A DNA stretch of 64,000 nucleotides from Prorocentrum cordatum (taxonomy: Eukaryota): positions 434,001-498,000 of the forward strand of contig CAUYUJ010000225.1 of assembly GCA_963575745.1 (NCBI GenBank). Reading direction: 5' to 3'. The translations under genes and the position numbers were made by a program. The notes below the pieces were generated by a model that saw only the letters and a program-made list of their open reading frames with translations, ran no database searches and was not told the DNA's origin. This document shows positions 12,001 through 23,119 of this stretch, one piece after another (the first letter of the stretch is position 1; each line of letters opens with the position of its first letter).

Positions 12001-15000
12001 GTCGAGGAACCGCGCCAGACGCACCCTTTGCACGATGTAGTCCGCGATGTCCTGGCGGGCGGGCATGGAGGAGGGGCAAGGAGACTCGGTGGGGAGGGCA
12101 CGAGGGGAGAGAAGGGCGCGATGGGAGAGGCACGAAGGCAAAATGGGGAGACAAGGAGGGGGAGAGCATGTGGGGGCAGCAGAGATGGAAGCGAAGGATC
12201 AGGGTGGTCGGAGAGAGCAACTGTCCTGGCGGAGCTCCCTGCGAGACTCTCGCGTGGAAACCTCCTGGGTCATCTGCAACATGCAATCCAAACCGCAGTC
12301 CCCGACTGCGACTGTGGACACGACGAACACACCGAGAGCCGAATAGAAACCGTCCACCGTCGAAGCATCTCCCGTGATGTCCACAAAGTCGGTGGAGACG
12401 CCTGCGTTAAAATGATTGCATAGAATCAAAGGATACTCCTCCGACGCGGGGGCCCAGTCCGGTGGCCCCGATTCTCGGGGGACGGCGCAACACGCGATCG
12501 CGTCCGCCGCAGGCTCGCGGGTTAACTCCTCCAGTTTCCACGGCGGCAAGACAGCTTTGCAAAGGTCGACTCTGTTCCGCCCTTCCCACGCGCAGACGCG
12601 CACCTTCCGCAGAAGTGCAAAGATTACGAAAGCAGAATACCCTATCCACTCTCGGCCCCCCCCCGGCCTTCCGCGAATACTGCGCGACAACTTCATCAAT
12701 TTCTCGAAGCACCTCTGGCCTTGTTCTGAAAGTGCCCCTGCAGGCGCCCCCGCTGCTGCGGGGGCGCCTGCAGGGGCAACCGCAGCGCCTGCTGTCGCGG
12801 CTGTCTGTTCACAGGCGGTAACTGCAGCAACTTCCGCCCCTGGAAGCACGGGTTCCGCTACGTCGCGAACAGCAAGCGGGGCGGGTTGGGGGAAAGCGAC
12901 AGGGGCAACCTCCTTTGCTGAGAGAGCTGCTGTTGCCGCGGAGTCCTTCAGGACAGACTCCACTGCGGAAGCGGCCTCGGCGATTGCGTCGGCGCCAGGC
13001 GCGCCAGCAGGACCTACGGACGCCTCCGCTGTGGCGGGCTCTGCAGAAGGGCACGCGCACGGCGCCGCCGCCACTTCAGGAGGAGGCGCGCACGCTTCCG
13101 CTGACGCACCCGTTGCTGCGGGGCCGTCAGAAGAGCCCGCATACGGCTCCGCTGCCACTTCAGCAGGGGCCACGCACGCCTCCGCTGACGGCCCCGCTGC
13201 TGCGGGGCCTTCAGCAGGGCCCATTGCAGCCCTGTTGTGTTAACCTTTTCCGCCCTTTCCACGTCCGAAGCGCCCTGCCCGTGCTGCGTCTCGTGTCCCC
13301 GCGGATGCCGAACAGCCTCCGCTACTGCGGAGGCGTATTTCGACGACAGAAAAGCCTTGTGCCAGCGCCGCACAACGTGCGTGCGCTTCCTGAGAGGGAG
13401 ACGGGACATGGAACCCCAGTCCCACGCATCCATGAAAGAACGCGCCCCTCCATACGGAAAGCGGTCTCCAGGCGTCCAGCCTAAAGAGCGCATGTGCTCG
13501 TCGAAAGCACCCGCTATCTCCATCCTCGAGCACAGGAGCGACGGGACCACCACGCGCTTCTTGTTTTGGGCGGGGGCTTTGCGCTCGCAGCCGCGGTTCC
13601 TGTACCCCAAGAGCTGCTCCTCCCGCTCTGCGGGCATCAACTCCCGAGCGACGTCCAGGGCGCACGCAGCGTCTGTCAGTCCTGTCCACCATTGGATGGC
13701 TTGCACGAGCTCCCGACAGACAGCCTCGGCGCCGACTTCCACCACGGCCAAGTCCTCAGGTGGCGCCGCCGCTGCTGCGGCGGCAACGCCCTGTGCTCTC
13801 GGAGGGGCGGCGTGGCCAGGCTGCGGGACAAGTTCTTCGTCGTCTAAGGCGCTCTGCAGGCGACGAAGCTCCTGGACGTCATCCTGCGTGACTTCTTGCG
13901 TCAGGACCATCGCGTCGAGGAACCACGCCAGACGCACCCTTTGCACGATGTAGTCCGCGATGTCCTGGCGGGCGGGCATGGAGGAGGGGCAGGGAGACTC
14001 GGTGGGGAGGGCACGAGGGGAGAGAAGGGCGGGATGGGAGAGGCATGAAGGCAAAATGGGGAGACAAGGAGGGGAAGAGCATGTGGGGGCAGCAGAGATG
14101 GAAGCGAAGGATCAGGGTGGTCGGAGAGAGCAACTGTCCTGGCGGAGCTCCCTGCGAGACTCTCGCGTGGAAACCTCCTGGTCATCCGCAACATGCAATC
14201 CAAACCGCAGTCCCCGTCTGCGACTGTGGACACGACGAACACACCGAGAGCCGAATAGAAACCGCCCACCGTCGAAGCATCTCCCGTGAAATCCACAAAG
14301 TCGGTGGAGACGCCTGCGATAAAATGATTGCATCGAAACAAAGGATACTCCTCCGACACGGGGGCCCAGTCCGGTGGCCCCGAGTCTCGGGGGACGGCAC
14401 AACACGCGATCGCGTCCACCGCAGGCTCGCGGGTTAACTCCTCTAGTTTCCACGGCGGCAAGACAGCTTTGCAAAGGTCGACTCTGTTGCGCCCTTCCCA
14501 CACGTAGACGCGCACCTTCCGCAACAGCGCAAAGATTACGAAAGCAGAATATCCTATCCACTCTCGGCCCCCCCCCGGCCTTCCGCGAATGCTGCGCGAC
14601 AGCTTCATCAATTTCTCGAAGCACCTCTGGCCTTGTTCTGAAAGTGCCCCTGCAGGCGCCCCCGCTGCTGCGGGGGCGCCTGCAGGGGCAACCGCAGCGC
14701 CTGCGTTCGCGGCTGTCTGTTCACAGGCGGTCACTGCAGCAACTTCCGCCCCTGGAAGCACGGGTTCCGCTATGTCGCGAACAGCAAGCGGGGCGGGTTG
14801 GGGGAAAGCGACAGGGGCAACCTCCTTTGCTGAGAGAGCTGCTGTTGCCGCGGAGTCCTTCAAGGCAGACTCCACTGCGGAAGCGGCCTCGGCGATTGCG
14901 TCGGCGCCATGCGCGCCAGCAGGACCTACGGACGCCTCCGCTGTGGCGGGCTCTGCAGAAGGGCACGCGCACGGCGCCGCCGCCACTTCAGGGGGAGGCA

Positions 15001-15601
15001 CGCGCGCTTCCGCTGACGCACCCGCTGCTGCGGGGCCGTCAGAAGAGCCCACATACGGCTCCGCTGCCACTTCAGCAGGGGCCACGCACGCCTCCGCTGA
15101 CGGCCCCGCTGCTGCGGGGCCTTCAGCAGGGCCCACCGACGGCCCCGCTGCCGCTTCAGCAGGGGCCTCGCACGCCTCGGCCGGCGCCTCCGCTGCTGCG
15201 GGGGCTCCCGCCCCTGCGGGCCACCCGCCCGCGCATTGCACTAAATGCCAGGGCGCTTGCAAGTCTGACCACTTATTGTAGTCCACGGAACCGTCCGCCA
15301 GACGATGGTCGCTGGGACACGGCCACTGCGAGCAGAAATGAATCTTCTTACACATGCGTCTGCCAGAGTCATAATGGCAAGCCGCGCCGCTGCTGCGGCG
15401 CATAACGAACCCGAATCCGAATATTGTCCCCTTTAGTTTCCGTGGGTTCATGAGCACGAAGTCGGGGTCTTTCTTTTTGTCTTCTTGGTACCAAAACTCC
15501 ACAAATTCGCTGGCCTCGCGGTCGTGCCCGACTCGCAGAGGCGCGTTTGCAGGGCGAGCGTCTCCTGGGTCTGGGGGCGGAGCGGCTGCGGCTGCCATGA
15601 T
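9012..15601 (-). pseudogene. pogo-family DD35D transposase with CENP-B-like HTH and N-terminal OTU-like extension; carries lesions and an internal duplication
   Basis: HTH-like PWLRQALFEWW...TKALELM...SRWWASWRKEYGLSMR. Catalytic motifs ENFDQSP, MADDHGPH and TPILQTVDTHLNQHAK, with 35 residues between D2 and D3. +1 frameshift in the G7 run at 10723-10729. In-frame TGA at 9606-9608 is followed by ORF 9012-9587 in the same frame. GA-AG intron at 12052-12225. Confidence 0.85.
11329..15135. repeat. Tandem duplication of a ~1.91-kb unit within the transposase gene
   Basis: 11329-13223 aligns by eye with 13243-15134 with scattered substitutions; ORF pairs 10501..12141/13014..14054 and 12199..13224/13901..16042 are near-identical. 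Confidence 0.9.
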
Positions 15602-16487
15602 GCCGAAGCCACGCGCGCGCACACGCGGCCGCCCTCTGGTCTCGAGCCCAGCGCTGCAGGGCAAGCAAACGGCCGCATCCCCCCACAAGGAGGATGTACA
15701 AGGGGGCGGGAGGAACGTGGAACAAGGGAGATATGCGGGGACCAGCGGACACACGCCTGAAAAAACACGACCGTCGGCATGCTTCGCGAGGGTTGCTGCT
15801 GTGAGATGGGCTGGTGAGGAGGGGCCCGAACGACTCACACCAGGACGAGCGGCCCGAACGACGCGCAGAAAACTCAGATGCATGCACACACGAACGAACG
15901 CCCCGAACGACTCCGAGAACACTCCCCAGAAAACAAGGCCAGAATGTAGGAAGTCGTCGACATCGTCGTCGAGGGAAGGCGAGCGCGGCACGGGGGATGA
16001 TGATAGTCTCCTCTTCCACCGTGAAGCAAGAGCCCCCCCCAAAAAAAGCGGGCCGCTCGGGCGTTTGTACTAGACGCCAAAAGTGCAACATTCCTGCAGG
16101 CCGCCTCTGCAGGAATTGAGGCGCAGCCCCTCCCGCAGCCGCACTGCGGATGCGCCAGCGGGCGCGGGGGAGCGGCGGTGGCGCCAGCGCGCAGCTGGTA
16201 GCTGTCCCCTCCTCCCCTCCATCATGGCGATGATGAGAATGATGAGCATCCTACGATGATGAGACCCTATGTCCTGTCCCAGAGTCTCGGGCCCCGCCCT
16301 GGGCCGCGGGCCACGCCCCTGCGACCGTGTTATATATACAAACATATATATAAATACACACATATACGTATGTACATACATATACGTCGACACACCATAC
16401 ATACACAATATATACATATATGCATCATGTAATCAGTCAGCGGAGGCCCGACGCCGCCCAAGACGACCGCACGGGGCGAGAGGCAGA

Positions 16488-17020
16488 GCGTGCCTCGAGA
16501 CAATATTTTCTGTTTCTCGGGGGTTTTCTCTGGTTGGCGACGCGCCGCCACCTGCTTCGCTTTCGATGCGCCCTTCACGGTTCCGAGGAGATCCGCCATG
16601 GGATCCCGACCTTTTTCTCCCGCTGCTGCGGGAGATCCTGCTGCAACCCCCGCTGCTGCGGAAGCGTTTTTCACAGGAGTCGCCGCTTCATCCACGTTGT
16701 CTCCTTCTCCGACGCGAAGCTTCCCAAGCACTTGCTCTAACATTGTCGTTTCGTTCAAGGCGCCCTTCACGGCACTGAGACCACGGACCACCTTGAGCAT
16801 GCACAGGCGGTGCTTTCCGACGGGCACGAAGGCTTCTAGGCTTTCCTCGCCGCCAAAGGGAACATAGCGCTCCTCAAATTCCAGAGCAAATCCCGATGCT
16901 CCCTCGTGACTTCGGCACAGTCCGCCCGTCGCGCAGAGCACCCCCATGCTCGCGTCATCTTGGCGCGCTGCTTTCCCGAGAACGACATCCCGCCATGTTT
17001 CCGATGCCTTGCGTTTCATG
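16488..17020 (-). pseudogene. 3'-truncated diverged copy of the 318-aa orphan ORF
   Basis: MKRKASETWRDVVLGKAARQD... parallels MKRKAEGAWREVAVGKAARQD...; similarity stops after RGTLC. Confidence 0.75.
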
Positions 17021-17868
17021 CCGCCGCGCGCAAGCCCTCGCTGCTGCGAAGGCGCCCGCGTTCTAAAAAACATAAAACAAAAAGAAATATCTCATTAAAG
17101 ATAAACCGAAAGATCTAAAAAAGAAAAAAAAACGCCTAAAGCAAAGAGAAAACAATAAAACAAGAAAAATAAAAAAATAAAAAAAAAAAAAAAAAAGAAC
17201 AACACACAACCACAAAACACACCAACAAACAGAAAAAAAAGACACCCCAAAAAAACAAACCTACACAACACTACAATTAACACAAAACTGAACCAAAAAA
17301 TAATAAAAACATGTGGGTACAACTCCCCTCACTGAGATATAACCGCCTGAAAACGGCTATGGAAAGCGGACTCCTCGTCTTGAACAAATCCTCCTACTTC
17401 TCATCGGACTCCAAAACCTAACCACTTCTTGTGGTCGCTTTTCCACGGCCACTGCGAGCATAAATGAATATTCTTCCATGTGCGTTTGCCATATTCATAA
17501 TGGCAAGCCGCGCCGCTGCTGCGGCGCATAACGTAATTACCCGAATCCGAATATTGGTCTCTGTAGTTTCCGTGGATTCATGAGCACTCTGTCGGGGTCT
17601 TTAGGTTTGTCTTGTTGCTATAAAAACTCCACATTCGTTGACCTCGCGGTCGTGCCCGACCCGCAGAGGCGCGTTTGCAGGGCGAGCGTCGCCTGGGTCT
17701 GGGGGCGGAGCGGCTGCGGCGGCCACGATGCGGAAGCCATGCGCGCGCACACGCGGCCGCCCTCTTGTCTCGAGCCCAGCGCCGCAGGGCAAGCAAACGG
17801 CCGCATCCTCGCAATGATCCACCTGTCGGTGCTGCTAGTGTGATGTTGCTGCTGCTGTTGCTCCTCCT

Positions 17869-17902
<34 letters not shown>

Positions 17903-18178
17903 ATCCTACTGGTCCCAACCCCTCCGCCCCGTCCTCGCCAGATTCCGCGAGTTCCTCTTTGTCCTCTAGCGCGCGAGCGCTGGAGAGCCGCAGGCTCGCG
18001 ATCCCCCGCGCGCGCCCTAACCCCTGTCCAGTCGACAGGAACCCGCAGGCATCCACCTCAGCGGTCAGCGCGCCGCTGGCGCGGTGCATGCACCGAGTCT
18101 GTTTGCACAAAAAAAAGCCGTTGTAGCGGTCAGCGCGCCGCTGCTGCGGCGCGCGCCAGCGAGCGGATAACGAGGGCA

Positions 18179-19135
18179 TCACTGCTTTGTGTCCTGTTTG
18201 ATGGCTTTCTGGACCACGTCCTCCAAGAACGCGAGAAGAACCTGCTTTTGCTGCGCACGGGTGGACTGTTTCAAGGGCGTCGTCACTTCCGTCAACGCCA
18301 CGCCTGTGGGCCATTTCTCCTCGTTCAGATCCTGAATCCTGGAGGCCCATTTTCGGCCTGCCATTGGCCCTCCTTTGACCTCCACTGTCCACATCCCAGA
18401 GGGGCACCACCTGGTGGTCCACGGGCGCTTCTCGTCCAAAGCGTCGTCCTCGTCGCCGTCTTTGGGTTCGGGAACGCTTTTGCCCTGGCACTCCTCGCAC
18501 AGGTAATGCAGAAGCCAAGGCAGGTCCTGACTCTGAACGAGTAGTTGCCCATACTTGTTCTCATACACACTAACCTCTTTCGTGTCGGCCTCATCTGGCT
18601 TAGGAGACATCGGCATGGTTACTCTGCAGAGCGTGCCTCGAGGAAACCCTTTCTGTTTCTCAGGGGTTTTCTTCGCTTTCGATGCGGCCTTGACGGTGCC
18701 GAGGAGATCCGCCATGGGATCCCGACCTTTTTCTCCCGCTGCTGCGGGAGACCCTGCTGCAACCCCCGCTGCTGCGGGGGCCTCTTTCACAGGAGTCGCC
18801 GCTTCATCCACGTTGTATCCTTCTCCAGCGCAAAGCTTCTCATACAATTGTTCTAACAAGTTTGTTTCGCTCAAGGCGCCCTTCACGGCACTGTGGCCAC
18901 CGACCACTTTGAGCATCCACAGGCGGTGCTTTCCGACGGGCACGAAGGCTTCCATGCTCATCTCGCCGCCCAAGACAACACAGCGCTCCTCGCATTCCAG
19001 AGCAAATCCCGCTGCGCCCTCGTGATTTCGGCACAGCCCGCCCGTCGCGCAGAGCACCCCCATGCTCGCGCCATCTTGGCGCGCTGCTTTCCCGACAGCG
19101 ACCTCCCGCCATGCGCCCTCTGCCTTGCGTTTCAT
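18179..19135 (-). CDS. Hypothetical cargo protein, 318 aa
   Basis: ATG-started intact ORF of normal complexity; its paralog at 16488-17020 keeps the same frame. No family recognised. Confidence 0.7.
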   Translation of the reverse strand: MKRKAEGAWREVAVGKAARQDGASMGVLCATGGLCRNHEGAAGFALECEERCVVLGGEMSMEAFVPVGKHRLWMLKVVGGHSAVKGALSETNLLEQLYEKLCAGEGYNVDEAATPVKEAPAAAGVAAGSPAAAGEKGRDPMADLLGTVKAASKAKKTPEKQKGFPRGTLCRVTMPMSPKPDEADTKEVSVYENKYGQLLVQSQDLPWLLHYLCEECQGKSVPEPKDGDEDDALDEKRPWTTRWCPSGMWTVEVKGGPMAGRKWASRIQDLNEEKWPTGVALTEVTTPLKQSTRAQQKQVLLAFLEDVVQKAIKQDTKQ

Positions 19136-19409
19136 GCCGCCGTGCGCAAGCCCCCGCTGCTGCGAAGGCGCGCGCGTCCCAGGTGTCGGCCCCCCTCACA
19201 AGTGAACCGCCTGAAAACGGCTATGGAAAGCGGACTCCTCGTCTCGAACAGATCCTCCTACTCCTCATCCGCATCATGCTCCCTCCACGCGCTTCTTTCC
19301 ATCTCATCCAACCCGTCCCCCTCCTTCTCTCCGAACGAGCACAGCTGCCTTCCCTGTCCCTTGACCGCCCCTCTGCCCCTTGAGGGGGGGCCTTGTGTGC
19401 TCTGACCGA

Positions 19410-19725
19410 CCCTCTGTCCCACAGGGGGGGGGGGGCGCCCTGATCGAACGACCACCCCTGTTTCACAGAGGAGGGCGCGCGGAAACGCACGACCCCACCC
19501 CCTCTGTGACAGAGGGGGTCCCGCGCGTTTCCACCCGACCCCCTCTGTGACAGAGGGGGGTCCCGCGGAAAAACGTGGGACCCCCTCTGTCGCAGAGGGG
19601 GTCCCGCGGAAAAGCGCGGGACCCCCCTCTGTCACAGAGGGGGTCCCGCGGACAAGCGCGGGACCCCCTCTGTCACAAAGGGGGTCGGCCTTGTGTGCTT
19701 CGACCGCCCCCCTGTCCCACAGAGC
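19410..19725. repeat. Internal array of the subterminal palindrome (CCCCCTCTGT-N-RCAGAGGGGG), ~8 copies, core period ~42 bp
   Basis: Copies near 19411, 19456, 19498, 19540, 19582, 19624, 19665 and 19708. Confidence 0.9.
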
Positions 19726-20240
19726 GCCCCGCGAACAGGACGGCAGGACGATGAGCAGGACGACGAGCACGGAGAGAGGAAAACAGGACACGGGAGGGAG
19801 GCGGGAACGGACGAGGGGGGACGGAGACGGAGGCGAGGCGCGAGGGGAGGGCAGGACGAACATAGAGGGAGAGGAGCAGGACGAGACCTGGCAGGGGATA
19901 TGCACCAGGAGAGAGATCTCATGGAGGAAGAGGAGGGGAGGGGACGAGAGGCACTCACATTTTCCGCATTTGCATGCCCTCGCACTTGCTCCATTTCTCA
20001 GCGGCCGCCGCGCCGCCATGAAAATTGACGTACCACCGACACTACTGCGGCTGATGCGTGACCTCTCCCATCCCTGTCTGGTGCTGTTTCTGCTGCCCCC
20101 CCCCCCCCTCCCTCTTCGACCTCCTCTCCCCGCCCTTTTCCTCCTCCCCTCCAGCTGACGGCTGCGGGCTGCGACGGGTGGATCATCGGCCGCTGCCATC
20201 TGCCGCTCCGTTTCGCGCACCCTCCGCTGCTGCGGCGGGA

Positions 20241-22733
20241 TCACACGAAGTGGGCCCCCTGGCCAGGGATTGTCATCTTGCCGCTCTTGGGGGTTTTCCG
20301 TCCCTCCTCGGCGTCCTTCTTCCGTTTCTTCTCCTGCTCTTTCTGCTCCTTTTGCCATGTCTGCTTCTCCTTGTGGGTGTCGGTGGCCCTCTTCTCCTTT
20401 GTGATCTGCAGCATCAGCCGATCTCCGCGCACCAGCGGCACCGTGTTGTGCATGCACGGGACAAGCACGCTGCAGACGCGGAGGGGGGCGCCTGGGTGGC
20501 ACTTTGTCATTGTCTGGAACTCGTGCGGTTGAAGTGCAACGTTGAACTTCCAGTGCTCCTGTCCCTGCACTAGCTGGGCTCGGGCAAGTTCTTCTGGTGT
20601 CATCCTCTCAACTCCCCAAAAGAAGTGCAAGGACTCGGTGCCCCCGAACTTAAACTGGTACGGATTCTCTTCCTGTTCGGCCTCGCCCTGTGCAGGCGCC
20701 GCTGCTGCGGGGGCCGCCTCGTCGAGCTGCGGACCCACGGGCGCCTCGCCCTGCGCAGCCCCCGCTGCTGCGGAGGCCGCTTCCTGCGGCGCGGGCTTGA
20801 GCTCCAGCTCTGGCAATTTGAAATCAGGTTGTGCCCAATATGTTTCCATTTTCTCGACGGGAGTCGGACGTTTCTCACCGACTAGCACCTCCACTGCCCG
20901 CGGATTGCTCGAGACTTTCGGGAAAATCTTCGCGGTGGGGCAGCAAGGGAAGAGCAGCAGTTTCCCCTCGGCGATGTCCCCAGTAGCCACCACATGGACA
21001 CTCTTGGCTTGAACGTCATATTGCATCTGGACGGGTTGGGCGCAAGTGTCCGCGTGACGATGGAAGCCAGTCATGACTTCCGCGATGCTTGCTTGGTGCC
21101 ACCTGCCTGTGTCGAGATTGCCAGACGGAGCCGAAGCGTGCCACGATTTCACTGGGACCACCATCAGGCTGTTCACGGGCTTGGACACTTCAGACATCTG
21201 CCTGTTCAGAGGCTTGTCTTCTTCGTTGAACTCTATCAATACTGGCTGCGGGCGAGAGCCCTCGCCACCTCCGCCGCTGCGAGGGCCAGCGGGTTTCTCG
21301 GGGGCCGCGGGCAACTCGTCGGTCCACGGCGCAGGAGGGAGCGGGAACTCTTTCTGTGCGTTCTTTTCCATTTTCTGCCAGGCCTCGCGTACTTCAGCAT
21401 AGTGCGGACGCACTGTCTCGCACGCGGCCTCCACAACTGCCTCCAGACGAGGTTTGTTAGCCTTCACCCTTACGTACGCCTGGTAGAAGGTGTCCGTCGC
21501 AGTCAGAACCGCCCCCGCGGTCAAAGTCGCGCTCTTCTCCCCCCCGTGGGCCTCCGCTGCTGCGGGGGCCAATATGCGACGGACATGCCCAAACAAAGAA
21601 TTGAGCTCCTGTATCCGACTGTTGCCCTCGCTGTGTCCCCAAGCCGTTTCCGGCGCGGGGCATTGTCCGCGCCTCGGATCTTGCGAGTACGCCCTCATGA
21701 CAAGGGCTACCTTCACATGGGGACAATCTATGGGGAGTTGGTTGAGAACGCCCCAGGTGGCTGGTGCCAGGGAGCGTATTTTGTGATCCACCCAACGTCG
21801 ATCATAATCTAGAATTTGCGGTATGAGCTGCCCTGATGCGGCCCCCACGTTGATGACGAAAGTAAACATGTCCTCGAACCATTTGGCCTTGGCGTACTCG
21901 GGATGTCGTTGCGCGCAAGCCTTGAGAACAGTGTCGTACGAGATATTCACGGGGTGTCCTGTCTCAGATCCGCGCGATGCTTTCTTGCCCGCCGCTGCTG
22001 CGGTGGCGACGAAACCAGCGACGGACGTCAGGACCTCGATTTCGTGAGAGGTCACACCTTTTCCCTGTGGGTCGTTCAGGGCCGCGGAAATGATCGCGGG
22101 GCCTTGCGCGAAGACGGCATCGAAGTGAATTTCCCACGAGAGCACCTCGCAAAGCAAACCGTTATCGAGCACGTCCATGAGTTCTGTGAACTTCGGTGCG
22201 CGACGCTTTTTTGGGATATCCCAGGAACCACCTGTACCTGTCTGGAACTCCTCCAAACCACATCCTTTGTGGTCTTCGGGAATGACCCACACTGCGCCGT
22301 GCTTGAGGTTCAGCAGACCAAAGGTTAGGGTGCAGTGGCTCAGCGCCCCGTAGTTGAACGTTGACAAGCTTGTGTACGCCGAGCGTAGAGCCTCCACGGA
22401 CTTCGTTTTCTGCAAGTTGTGGTCCGCGTGCGCCGTGCACGGCCTACCATGGAGGCGCTCGTAATCGGCCTTCTTCCCCGCAGGGAGTTCCTGAACAACC
22501 ACTGCTTCGTGCTGCGCCTCGTTCAAGAGGAACCTGTCTTTCAGAATGCCACACAGGAGATTAACCACTCTGGCAGCGGAGGGGTACGTCCCACCTCTGT
22601 TCTGCGGGTGGACGCAGATATCCTCCAAGGAAATTTTGGCCTTCAGCCGCTGGCCCTCGGAGCCCTTCAAGGCATAGCGGCTGCGCAACGTGGCGGCATC
22701 ATTCAGGGGACCTGACTTGATGTCCTCGGACAT
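20241..22733 (-). CDS. 830-aa cargo protein with a ParB/Srx-like N-terminus and possible SET-like C-terminal motifs
   Basis: Intact ORF. ISLEDICVHPQNRGG resembles the ParB-N start. VHVVATGDIAEGKLLL and MHNTVPLVRGDRLML resemble SET-fold 'A.rdI..GeeL' strands. Domain calls are tentative. Confidence 0.65.
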   Translation of the reverse strand: MSEDIKSGPLNDAATLRSRYALKGSEGQRLKAKISLEDICVHPQNRGGTYPSAARVVNLLCGILKDRFLLNEAQHEAVVVQELPAGKKADYERLHGRPCTAHADHNLQKTKSVEALRSAYTSLSTFNYGALSHCTLTFGLLNLKHGAVWVIPEDHKGCGLEEFQTGTGGSWDIPKKRRAPKFTELMDVLDNGLLCEVLSWEIHFDAVFAQGPAIISAALNDPQGKGVTSHEIEVLTSVAGFVATAAAAGKKASRGSETGHPVNISYDTVLKACAQRHPEYAKAKWFEDMFTFVINVGAASGQLIPQILDYDRRWVDHKIRSLAPATWGVLNQLPIDCPHVKVALVMRAYSQDPRRGQCPAPETAWGHSEGNSRIQELNSLFGHVRRILAPAAAEAHGGEKSATLTAGAVLTATDTFYQAYVRVKANKPRLEAVVEAACETVRPHYAEVREAWQKMEKNAQKEFPLPPAPWTDELPAAPEKPAGPRSGGGGEGSRPQPVLIEFNEEDKPLNRQMSEVSKPVNSLMVVPVKSWHASAPSGNLDTGRWHQASIAEVMTGFHRHADTCAQPVQMQYDVQAKSVHVVATGDIAEGKLLLFPCCPTAKIFPKVSSNPRAVEVLVGEKRPTPVEKMETYWAQPDFKLPELELKPAPQEAASAAAGAAQGEAPVGPQLDEAAPAAAAPAQGEAEQEENPYQFKFGGTESLHFFWGVERMTPEELARAQLVQGQEHWKFNVALQPHEFQTMTKCHPGAPLRVCSVLVPCMHNTVPLVRGDRLMLQITKEKRATDTHKEKQTWQKEQKEQEKKRKKDAEEGRKTPKSGKMTIPGQGAHFV

Positions 22734-22954
22734 CTATCCAGGCGCCCCCGCTGCTGCGGGGGCAGCTTCCCAAACAGATGCTCCGCGACGGTTGCCCCCG
22801 CTGCTGCGGGGCCCCGCTTAAAGCGCGAGTGCCTGTCGCGCGCGCGGACAGAAGGAGGGGCCTCACGGATCCGCGGCCTGCCCGCACTTGAGCAAAAGGA
22901 GAAGGAGAGGAAAGGCAGATAGAGGGAGAGAGACAGAGAGAGAGAGAGAGAGAC

Positions 22955-23007
<53 letters not shown>

Positions 23008-23019
23008 GAGAAAGAGAGA

Positions 23020-23119
23020 NNNNNNNNNNNNNNNNNNNNNNNNNNNNNNNNNNNNNNNNNNNNNNNNNNNNNNNNNNNNNNNNNNNNNNNNNNNNNNNNN
23101 NNNNNNNNNNNNNNNNNNN
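23020..23119. other. Assembly gap (100 N)
   Basis: Run of n. Confidence 1.

Noticed and set aside
17065..17330. A-rich insert as a retroposon poly(A) tail
   Set aside because: It replaces a short stretch relative to the paralog at ~19170-19200, the adjacent sequence looks A-biased and corrupted, and no TSD was seen. More likely low-quality consensus.
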